DNA from: Dimorphilus gyrociliatus
Lineage: Eukaryota > Animalia > Annelida
Direction: 5' to 3'
Assembly (NCBI GenBank): GCA_904063045.1
Contig: CAJFCJ010000005.1
Span: 3,466,165-3,530,164 of the forward strand
DNA: 64,000 nt
How positions within the stretch are numbered: position 1 is the stretch's first letter; each line of letters opens with the position of its first letter. This document shows, piece by piece, positions 48,900 to 59,335 of the stretch. A model generated the notes under the pieces. It was not told the origin of the DNA. It was given only the letters and a program-made list of their open reading frames with translations, and made no database searches. A program made the position numbers and the translations under genes.

Positions 48900-49948
48900 T
48901 TATTTCTTTGTAACAGGTTTAATATAGACTTTTTCTTCATAATTTTGAGTAAAAGCTGCAAATCTTGCCGCAGTAAATAGAAAATCGCTTAATCTATTGA
49001 GAAATTTAACTGGTTCCATGTCCATCTCTCCAGCTTTCATAAGAGGAATACATCTATTTAAAAAAAGACAAAAGAATCATCACTTTTAGTAGAAATATAA
49101 AATAAACCTTCTTTCCGCTCTTCTACAAATTGTTCTAGTGATGTGTAGATGAGAACTACAAAGTCCTCCAGACTATTATAAGAAATAAAATTAAATGTAT
49201 AAAAGAACTATATGAAAAGTGAATGGCTATTCATACTGGCAAGATAAAATTCTTTAATGGAGGTAAAATGGTTGTCATTTCATCTATCCAATCTTCTAAT
49301 TCTTTTGTATGAATTTCAGAAAATTCTGTTCTTTCTAATCAGTAGAAGGCATTTTAATTAAATCTCTTAACTTATCGATGATTTATGCAACTTACTTAAG
49401 TGAGCCTCTCTAGCTGATGATTTAGGTGTCGCTATATTAGATCCAATATCTTGTAGGCAACACTGAATCTAAGAAATGTTTTTTTATAACTTTTATCATG
49501 ATATTTTAAACAAACAAAGAAAATCTAAATAATATAAAACTTACCTTATACAACCTTTCTAAATTTGGTAAATCAGCATTTTTCCATAATTCGGCTGAAT
49601 AACTATCTCAAACAGACAAAAATAAAAATAATCATTATTCATAGATTACAATGATTGAATAAGTTATCTCTTTTTTGTTACCCTATATGAGATGATAGTT
49701 CATCGTTCGAGCCAAGTGCTTCGAATACTTCATCATCTTTAGATCTACGTTCGCCAGTGAACGTAGATGACTGTCCCTTGTCACCAGTCTTTGTATAAAT
49801 TTTAAATCCGCTTCTATGATTACAAAAGTCATATTGAACGACGGTAAATCTTAATTGTGTCTAATAGTTACCCTGACATTTTCAGTGCTGGCTGCGTAAA
49901 TAAAGAACGAGTTGAAAATTGAAGCAAGGTCTTTGATACTCTTATCAT
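48900..49948 (-). CDS. MMAB: Mitochondrial cob(I)alamin adenosyltransferase
   Basis: ATG 49948 gives a presequence [26 protein letters not shown] spliced (phase 2) to [33 protein letters not shown]-terminus [18 protein letters not shown]. Stop 48900-48902. Confidence 0.92.
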
Positions 49949-50241
49949 TATTTTGTCCTCTCGTACTTACATGTAATAGTAGAGCCTTTCCTCAAGCATA
50001 TATTTCTACACAGAAACTTACCCAAAAAATAATTAATTTATTGAAAAGAATAGCACTGAGAATTAAATTATTTGAAAATATGTAATCTATTTTGGAAGCC
50101 GATAGATTCTCTTTGAAGATACGGCATCTTATTTATTTACTTATTAAAATAAGATTACAATTAATTTATTACTTAATAGATATTTTAGTAAATATCTAAG
50201 TAATGAAACAAATAAAAAAAAAAGATAAGCAAAACATAAAC

Positions 50242-51513
50242 TTAATATCCTGGAGAATTAGCTGGATATTTTTCAGCAACACCATATACTTCAAACTTTT
50301 TCTGTAGAACCATCCACCTTCTCGATACTTTTTTAACTGTTGGTGGTTTTTCCATACCTTCTAAATTAGCTAGAATTGTTGGAACATCTTTACCTTTCAT
50401 AGAAATACCAAGTTGGTTTAATCTTTTTTCAATATCCTTTAATTCAATTTCTTTTTCCTTTTCGAACTTTTCCCGTTCTTCCGCTAAAGCTTCCCTTAAT
50501 TCTTTTAATTTGCTCTCTTTAATATTATCAGCTTCTTGAAGTATTAATCTACGTTGCTGATCACGTTCAGATACTTTTATAAAACTTTCAGGAGTAATAG
50601 GAATATATTGAATTTTAAGTTCATTTAAAATCCAATTAAATTTCTCTTCGTCCATTTCTTTTAATAATCTAAGATACTTTTTCCTTTTCGCTATTCTATT
50701 ATGAAGGATAGTTTTACTTCTTTTATCTTTCTTTATATTGAGGCAATGTTTAGCGTGATTTCTTATTTCAACAGTTAATTTAGCAACTGAAATAAACGAA
50801 AGGAGAGAAAATAATTGAATTTGTACATTTCTATAGCTATAGCTTACTCATATATTCGTATGATTGAACGTCTACGGGATGTTCTCTTATCTGCGATACA
50901 AAGTCATGCATCCATTTGGAGAATCGATCATGCTGTTTGATTTAAAAGAGTTTTTTTTTTATCAATACGACATAATATTTGAATATATTTAATTGAATTT
51001 CATACATTATCAGCTAAGTCCAAGCTAAATAGTTTTCGTACGGTATCATTAACTCCTTCCATGTTTTCAATAAATTCAAAGCCCAACTTGGGAGTATTCG
51101 GCTTATATTCTGGCAAAGTTCTAAAGATATCACCTGCAGATAATATCAATTTATTTGATTTTACGTTACGTAAATTAAAATGTATTTACCTGCATCTGTT
51201 ATACTGTTTCCTTTGGAGAAGATAGGATTTGTGGGTGGTTGGGTTGCATTTCTCCATTTTTGTAATCTTTTGCGGAAATTTCTACGATTTTCAATATTAA
51301 ATGGTCCTGTTCAAGGGATATTGAAAGATCAGATATATTATTATAACATTTTACTGAGTTTCTTTAGCGAACACTTTAAATAATCTTACCGATGAAATGA
51401 TCAGAATCTAATGACATTGCTGTTCCAGGTCGGAGAACAGTATCTCTTAGTGTGTTGTTTTGCTTAAAAGCTTTATTGGAAAATCTTAAAATTGCTCTAG
51501 ATGTTGAAAGCAT
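50242..51513 (-). CDS. MRPS15: Mitochondrial ribosomal protein uS15m
   Basis: Presequence MLSTSRAILRFSNKAF (ATG 51513). ENMEGVNDTVRKLFSLDLA and IAKLTVEIRNHAKH...KRKKYLRLLKEMDEEKFNWILNELKI match the S15 core. Confidence 0.85.
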
Positions 51514-52156
51514 TCTTAGACGGTTATATATAATATATAATCCAAGTTTCAATATACTGTCCGTCCAACGTGACTTCTACGGACTCTGTTCAATTCGTGA
51601 TGGGTTAGAATAGAATTCGATTGTAATTTGCGCGGGAAATTCAATTTTTTCTTTTCAAATTTAATATTGACTGTTTACTTAGAATTTATCGTAGGAAAAT
51701 TATTTCATTAAAAATTATTGAATAAATTAAGTAATTATTTAAATGAAGTTCTAATTTATCTTGAAGTTATGCTGTACCGAATGTAGTTCAAAGATTCCAG
51801 GTCTCTTATTAGCATATATATAGATGTATTTATCAGGATTGATGATTAAAAGAGTACTTGAAGATTTTCTTGTTTATGATAAATAATTAATTGGACAATA
51901 GCTTATGGATTTCAAAAGGAAAGGAAGAAATCTAACAATTCCCAGAAGATATTACTTTAAATATTTTAGTAGAAATTAAAGAACTAAAATCTAATTGATA
52001 GTTTCATATTCTTCAAAAGAGTATGAAAATTTCATAGATAAACATTGAACATATTATTATTAGATTATATTTTTCGTCTTATTCTCCTAGAAACTCACTC
52101 ATTTATGTAAATATTATGAATAATACTATGTAGTTGTCAAGTTTATTTCCTCTTTC

Positions 52157-52915
52157 TTACTTTTCTTTTTCTTCATTCTTACCGTCTGCACTTCCTTCAC
52201 AGACATCATAATCATTATCATCATCACCATCATCAACATCATTAGCATGATCATCAGCAAGTTGTTGCTCTTCTTTTTCTTCCTCTTTTTCTCCTCTCTC
52301 CTTTTCCTCTTCTACGGCTGTTAAGATTCTTGATACAGTAAATTTTCGTTTTTTTCTGACAAAGCGATCTAGCTTAAATTTTCCTTTGAGAATATCAAAG
52401 TTTGCTAGTTTTATTTCACAAGATATATTCTCTTGTTCTAAAATTCTTGGCTTTTTCTTTATACTTTCCAATTGATTTGTTTTTGAAAATGTCAAGTTGG
52501 TCATAAAATTCGTTTCCTCCATAATTTTTTGTTCTTCCGGTGTTAATATTTTCTTTTCAATCAATTCTCCACCTTTCATTTTATAAAGTTTTACACGAGT
52601 TGTTTCGGGAGCTTTCTTAAATTTTTCAAATACTGGCCACGAAGTTCTCAAAGTTGCCGTAGAAGTAGTAGATTGCGAAGTATCCACTTTTGTCTCTCTA
52701 CTCTCTTTCATTCTTAAAAGTGCTTCAGTGTGATAGTAATTATGAATGTCTAAATTCAATCTGGCAACAGCCTTTGCACATTGAGAGTTCAAGTGCTCAA
52801 TAGTAGTCTTTAAATGATCTTCATGAACCCTATTCTTTCTATGAGCGTTCAACATTCTCTCATTGTGCGCCGTTAGAATATCCTTCTTCCTAGTTCTCTT
52901 CGGAAATTTTTCCAT
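52157..52915 (-). CDS. Uncharacterised intronless protein, basic N-terminus and acidic tail
   Basis: 252-aa open ORF with ATG. No family recognised. Confidence 0.6.
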   Translation of the reverse strand: MEKFPKRTRKKDILTAHNERMLNAHRKNRVHEDHLKTTIEHLNSQCAKAVARLNLDIHNYYHTEALLRMKESRETKVDTSQSTTSTATLRTSWPVFEKFKKAPETTRVKLYKMKGGELIEKKILTPEEQKIMEETNFMTNLTFSKTNQLESIKKKPRILEQENISCEIKLANFDILKGKFKLDRFVRKKRKFTVSRILTAVEEEKERGEKEEEKEEQQLADDHANDVDDGDDDNDYDVCEGSADGKNEEKEK

Positions 52916-53422
52916 TTTATACTCTATTAAGTAAAGATTTATTTTTTCACACCGTCTTTCCTTTCATCTTTTCTTTACAAGAATGAAGGATAAAAGAAAA
53001 CCTCTTCAATTTTTCAAACGCATCCCTGTGTTGTCTTGGAGATTTAGGCCTTTAGCACACGCGATGGAAAATTCACCGTCTGATTTATTAAATTATTCAA
53101 AAAGCGTTCAACTGTTTGACAAAAAGAGTGCGATTGAATTTAATTAATTACCTGATGACTTTTCCAATAGGTCTTTTACCTTCATTGTAAATGAATAATA
53201 AAATGTTTCTATTGATAATATCTTCAAAAAATAATTATTGTGTAATAAACAAATATTTAATAAATTGTAGGAATTACAGGTTTATTAAAAATCATAATTT
53301 ATATTATAGACAGGTTTCAAAATACAATTCATTACTCGTGAAACGAAACAACAATCTAGCCAATACACAGTATTGGTTTCGAAAGTAAACAAAGTGAATT
53401 TTTCTCTATAGATAAAAGGTGT

Positions 53423-53870
53423 TCATGATTCTTCTTTTTCATTTTCTTCCTCTACTTCAATTAATGAATGACGTAATTTTAGAGCTATTTCATCTTGATC
53501 CGTATCGGTTAAGGATTGCATTAATATTTCCCATGCATTGTTATCTGTCTTTGTAATACATTCTAAAAATTTGGAGTTTCTCTCTTCTTTGCTGGCCGCT
53601 GTCTAGAAAGAACATTTTGTTTAGGAATGTAGAAAGGGAAACGGAGAGAACGAAGAGGAAGTAAAGAAAGAATAAATTGCAATAAATTGTTTAATAATTA
53701 AGTAGAAAATTGAAAAAAAAACGACTCACCTGTACCATAATAATGGCAATCCAGCTTGACTGTATAATTCCAGTATCTCTAAATTTAACTAGGAAATCTG
53801 TACTCAATTCTAAATTTTTTACTAGGTATGAATTTAAGTTTTGTAAGGCTTTTCGATAATTTTCATCCAT
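53423..53870 (-). CDS. CARD-only (death-fold) protein, 106 aa, 2 exons, not in the ORF track
   Basis: Exon 1 53870-53730 MDENYRKALQNLNSYLVKNLELSTDFLVKFRDTGIIQSSWIAIIMVQ (donor GTGAGT). Exon 2 53602-53423 TAASKEERNSKFLECITKTDNNAWEILMQSLTDTDQDEIALKLRHSLIEVEEENEKEES*. Phase-0 join. Helix pattern resembles the RAIDD/caspase-2 CARD. Confidence 0.7.
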
Positions 53871-55017
53871 TGCAGCTACCTATAAAACATACAGACGACA
53901 GGGTCACTAAATCTTTAAGTATTTTAACACGTGGAACACTAGTTTACACTGTTTATTTCTTTATTATATATATCTTATTACTAGAATAGTGCTGGTTATT
54001 ATGACCAAATTAATCGATAATGGGAATTTTCTCCTCAAATACCTAACCTTTAATGTGACTGGATATTATCACTCACGTGATCATGACTAATAAGGGTTAT
54101 TTGATGTATTTTTTGCAAAAGATACATATTTTCCATAAATTGTGAAATCAAGTATTTTATTTTCTAAATAAAGTAAACTTTTTTGCCAAATTTCGTAATT
54201 CATTAGCACATGAATCCAATATGGTTTTTATTACATAGTTTCCAATTTAACTACACAATACTATATAATTCCCTTAAATAATATTCAATTAGAGATTATT
54301 GTTAGGCTTTTTGCAGGTAGTTATATATTTTCTATTCAATTGATAGGTTTTTTTTATGTACTAAGATGGTTAAATAGCATTATAAGTTTCCTCTTTTTAA
54401 CAACACTATTTGAGCTACTATGTGAAAAAGATGGAGTGACAGTCAGAGTGAAAGAGAGTGAGAGAGAGGAGGAAAGTTGAAAAAAGTACAACTCTGCATA
54501 TTAAAGGACGTCAAGGAATTTTGGTTATTTACTCGATTATTTAAATATTTACAATTTCTTTTCATTTCACCAATGTAATTTATATACAGCAAGTTTAAAT
54601 ACAAAGAAAAAGAAAAAAAACGAGAGTATTTTACCTTTTTGCACAAGAATTGGCCGAATAGATAATAACAATATATATGGAACAACTATAACTAGTTGAA
54701 ACACATTTTACATATACAAGTTGTATTATTGATCAAATATAGCGCAAGTCTTTAAAAGAAACCAGCCTATTAAAGAGGTAAGTGTTCTATTTTTTTTTAA
54801 AATTAAAAAAATAACTTTGCACTAAATAACTTCTTATAAGGATATTAATAATAATTAAATACCTGAAGGAAAAAGAAAGCGTTAAAATCTTTTAAACAAG
54901 ATTGTGTATGTCTTGATGTATGTAGTACAGCGCGACTAATAAAAAAGTGACATCTATATCGTCAATAGCAACCATAACGCTGTTCCAATACATACACCGA
55001 GTAAGAGAGTTTAAAAA

Positions 55018-56967
55018 ATGGCTAGAATAATGCATGGCAGGCGAAAAGGATCTGGTAAAAGTATGTAATAATAATAATATATCAAGATTCTTTAAAGATA
55101 GCACTATTATTCATTATATTTTAACTCTTTTAAGTGGGAGAAATCAATGTTGATGATCTACCAGAAAAATTACGATCTAATGATAAAAGTTTAACTATAA
55201 ATGGCCAACAATCAATGGATCCAAGGAATGTATGTATTTTAACCAAAGATGATATGGACAGAATCTACCGTCAGCTAAACAAGAAGAAGGAAGAGGAAGA
55301 GAAGAGACGCTTAGCATTTCAAGAACGTGAAAGATTAAGAGAAAAATCTAGGAAGCAAGTAGCACAGTGGGATAATACAGTCCTTGTAAGTTAACTATTA
55401 ATTTTACTTGTTTTGGAAGAAATTATACATATTTTTTAAAAGGGACTTCGTCAAAAGAAACTAGAAACTCGTCGCCTAAGAGAAGAAAAAATGGAAGAGG
55501 AACGTAAAGCAATTGATATTGAAGAAGAGAAATTTCAATGCCAAAGGCGAAAAGAGATTATCGAAAAAGCAAAAACTCAACAATATTATCAAACTGATCG
55601 GGTGAAGAACTTTCACAGTGCACTTTTATTGTCCGAAGTTCTTAAGGAGCGTGATGCTCAGCTAGAATTAAAGAAACTAAAAGAAAAAGCTGCTGAGGGG
55701 GCCGATAATGAATGGCTTGACTATGAAAGAAAACAACTAGAAGATGCAATCTTGAAAGAACAAAGGGAAGCCAGAGAAAGAATTGAAAAAAATCATGAAA
55801 ATGCCAAGTACGTCTTGAGACAAATCAATCACCATAAGTCAAGATCAGATAAATTTTTGGAAGATGACAAAATCGAAGGAGAAGAACTTAGAAGATTGGC
55901 TGCTCACTATAATTTAGAAAAAAAGAGACTGGAAGAGATTCGCCAGGATGAGTCTAAGCAACTTATGATTGATAATAAAAGACAGATAGCCGACACAAAG
56001 AGAATGAATGAGATAAAAGCAGCTCAGGAAGAAGACGAAGACGAAGAATGTAGAATATTTGCAGCCGCGAAACGTAAAATGATGAAAATGAGAGCGGATA
56101 AGGAAAAAGAGATATTCAATGATAAACAGGTAACAGTTTGAAACTATTCCTTCTTTTGGTATCTAATAGATTTTATTTTCGAATTTTAGGATAAATTAAA
56201 TAGAATCAGAGAGAAATTATACGCCCAAATGCAAGAACAAGTCCGTGATGAGGACGAGCGGCTACACAAAGCTGAAGCTGAGGCTGAAGAGAAGAGAGCG
56301 AGAGAGGAGAGACTAAAGGAAGAGAGAATTAGAAAAGCACACCAAGAAGCCAGAGATCACATGGTCGCAACAATGAAAAAGAATGAAAATCTAAAGAAAT
56401 TAGATAAAATTGAAGAACTAAAGAGACTTCAGGCTCAAAAAGAAGCTGATGCTGTATTCGAAAGAGCAGAAAACGAAAAACGTCAAAGACGTTTCGATGG
56501 TGTAAAAGAAAGGAAGAACTATAACTTGAAACAATTCGATGATAGAAAACAATTGGGAATTAACTCTAGAAGGAAACAATTAGAACTAGAAAAGAAGAAT
56601 GAAGAATTGTTGAATTTGGAAGAAGATCAATTTAACGAGTACGCTAAGAAGGTCATAGAACACTGTGAGAAGAACGGACGGAATACTTATCCACTAAAAA
56701 AGGCAGCTAATCAAGGTATTGGAGGAGGTTTAGGGCCAGTTCTGCCTGGTAAGGGCACGAAGCAAAATTATCTGGTAAGTTTTTAGAGATTTTCTTTTAA
56801 GCACTATATTTTATTATTATAAATTCTAATGACTTTAACTGACCATACAGACTAGTGATCAAGCCTGTCTTCAAATGCCAAGTTACCAAGGGGAGTCAAC
56901 TGAAGACACAAAACAGACAATAACAAACAACGAAGGAACAAATAAGAGATTGGGTTTCGTCTGGTAG
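55018..56967 (+). CDS. CFAP210: Cilia- and flagella-associated protein 210 (CCDC173, TPH domain)
   Basis: MARIMHGRRKGSG first exon, QQYYQTDRVKNFHSALLLSEVLKERDAQ, and terminal NKRLGFVW* match CCDC173. Confidence 0.9.
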
Positions 56968-57697
56968 GAACAGAAATAATTATTACAACATCTACTCTCT
57001 ACAGTATTTTTAACAATGTACTAGATAAAAATCTTCTATGAATATTCAAGTAAAAATTTGCATATATGAATGTTAAATTATGTAATGAAAAAATTTTAAT
57101 ATAAAATTAAAAGAATAAAGAAAATATTATCTGTAAAAAGTTCACTAAGTGTATTGAAGATTAGCAAAACTAGTTTATTAGAATGCCAAATATATCTTTG
57201 TAAAGATAAATAGCATTCTTTACAGTAAAAAAATACGATTGAATCGAAAAACTAAAATAGATACATGAGCACATCAATTAATATGTTAATTAAGATTTTG
57301 TATTTAAAAATAGCAGATAATTGGTAATAAATTACAGGTCTTACCTTAAAATTTACTTTAATTTCTTGGAGACACAACAGAAAAGGAGTAGTTACCCTCT
57401 CTTTAACATTGATATTTTAAGACCGTTTCTTTTCAAGAAGTACTGTTTCATTTATATATACTGTATATATATATATATATACAGTATATATGAAAAAAGA
57501 CGTATTAAGTTTCGTAAAATGAAAATGAAGGGAAAGAAATATTTTAATTAGAGGATACACAAGTATATTTTCCTGTAAGCTAGCCGAGTTCAAGGAGGCG
57601 CCATCTCGATATTCAGTTGAAAGATTTTACATTATTTCTCTAAAACTCAACACGAGAGGGACATTGTTTGGCATTGAAATAGTAAACTTATCGAAGT

Positions 57698-58756
57698 ATG
57701 TTTGAATTGAATACTACATTTATTTCGATTCCCTTAAATGAAACTTCTAATAGAGATTTAAAGAAAAAGGATGTTTGTGAAATATGGTTGTTTATCCTAT
57801 CCGGTTGCCTCATGAGTCTTTTATGTATTTCTGGTATAATAACTAATGTTCTAGCTATATTCATATGGTCTGGGGAAAGAACAAAAACAGCAACTACTGT
57901 TGCAGTGATATCATTGGAAATTGTTGATACTGTTTACCTAATGCAATGGATGATAGCCCTTTCAATAAGGGATTTCTTTCAGGTTGTCAATCATAGTTTT
58001 TACGTGACGTTTACAAAAATATCTTACGGTTTTGCATGTTATGGACTAGGATTTTGGACAGCAATTTCGATATCATCCGCTTGGCATATAGTATATCTTA
58101 CTATCGAAAGGTATATGGCTATTTGTCATCCAGTTCATAAGAAAATGTTTACCATTAAAAACACTAAAATCGTATGTATTTCGATAACGATTTTGTCTAA
58201 TCTATATACGATTCCAAGATATTTTGAATATCAACTTATCCGATTGCCTAATGGTATTTATACACTAACCGAAAAATCATTAGGAAAAAGCAAAACCTAT
58301 GGTATTGCCATTAGATTTATATTGCATAATATAACAAACAACTACGCACCTTTAATAATTGTTTTTACACTTTCCATTATAACTGTCAAGACTATAAAGC
58401 AGAAGACGGAATTGAATAAATCAGTCTTTACCTCTAATGTAAGGCAAATAACATCTTCCTTAATGGCCGTAAATGTTGTTCTAGTTATATCATATTTCGC
58501 AGAAAGTATCAGGGCTATTGCTGCCCATGCGAATATTATTAGTGCTCTTACATGTGGACATCATTGGTGGTACTTTTCACTAGTGACATTTGAATTAAAA
58601 ACCCTCAATTCTTCAATAAATTTTTATCTTTTCGCTGTATTTAATACAAGATTTCGAAGACGTCTACAAAAGATCTTCAGATCGAATAAAGTCGATATAA
58701 AAACTGGACAGAACAGCCACACCCAATCCATTCAAAATAATTCTACTATTGCTTAG
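57698..58756 (+). CDS. Intronless class A GPCR, FMRFamide/peptide-receptor-like
   Basis: Seven hydrophobic segments, ERY motif (IERYMAICHP), TM7 NSSINFYLFAVFNTRFRRRL, and N-terminal N-glycosylation sequons. Confidence 0.88.
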   Translation: MFELNTTFISIPLNETSNRDLKKKDVCEIWLFILSGCLMSLLCISGIITNVLAIFIWSGERTKTATTVAVISLEIVDTVYLMQWMIALSIRDFFQVVNHSFYVTFTKISYGFACYGLGFWTAISISSAWHIVYLTIERYMAICHPVHKKMFTIKNTKIVCISITILSNLYTIPRYFEYQLIRLPNGIYTLTEKSLGKSKTYGIAIRFILHNITNNYAPLIIVFTLSIITVKTIKQKTELNKSVFTSNVRQITSSLMAVNVVLVISYFAESIRAIAAHANIISALTCGHHWWYFSLVTFELKTLNSSINFYLFAVFNTRFRRRLQKIFRSNKVDIKTGQNSHTQSIQNNSTIA

Positions 58757-59335
58757 AAATTGTCATAAAACATACTTGTTGTTCTTACCGGATTTTATAA
58801 TATTATTTAATTCAATGCTAAGCAAGTCATTCTATATTAAATAAAGTTTATTTTACGATAATGGTAAAACGAAAACATAAAACATGACTATTATAAAGGG
58901 AAAAAAATCTGTGGACGGTGTTTGTAAAAGTAAATTATATACCATGCTGTTTTTCCTTATTCGTTTTTGTTAGCTAAGAAACTGGTACACAAAGAAAGGA
59001 AAAGAGCAGGGAACAAATCACAGTATGCTAAATTGGACAATAAAAATGTATAGACATATTATATAATACTTGTAATCATTTGGTCGTTAAATATTATATA
59101 CTTTAGATGTTTTTGATAAGATATATTTACATAATATAAATAGATATACATTAAATATACATATATATATAAATATATATATGAAAATATATCTTTGAAC
59201 TCTTTAAAGCGTTTTCAATAAACTATATTTTATCCTTTTGAAAAAAATTAAGTAAAAAGAAATTTCGATTAAGATAATATTCTCTCTCCTCCATAAAGTA
59301 TGAAGGAGGAGAGAGAATTGTGGAAAAAAAATGCT

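Noticed and set aside
49971-49999. Alternative MMAB start MLEERLYYY
   Set aside because: The downstream ATG 49948 gives a typical Arg/Ser-rich mitochondrial presequence with the correct splice phase.
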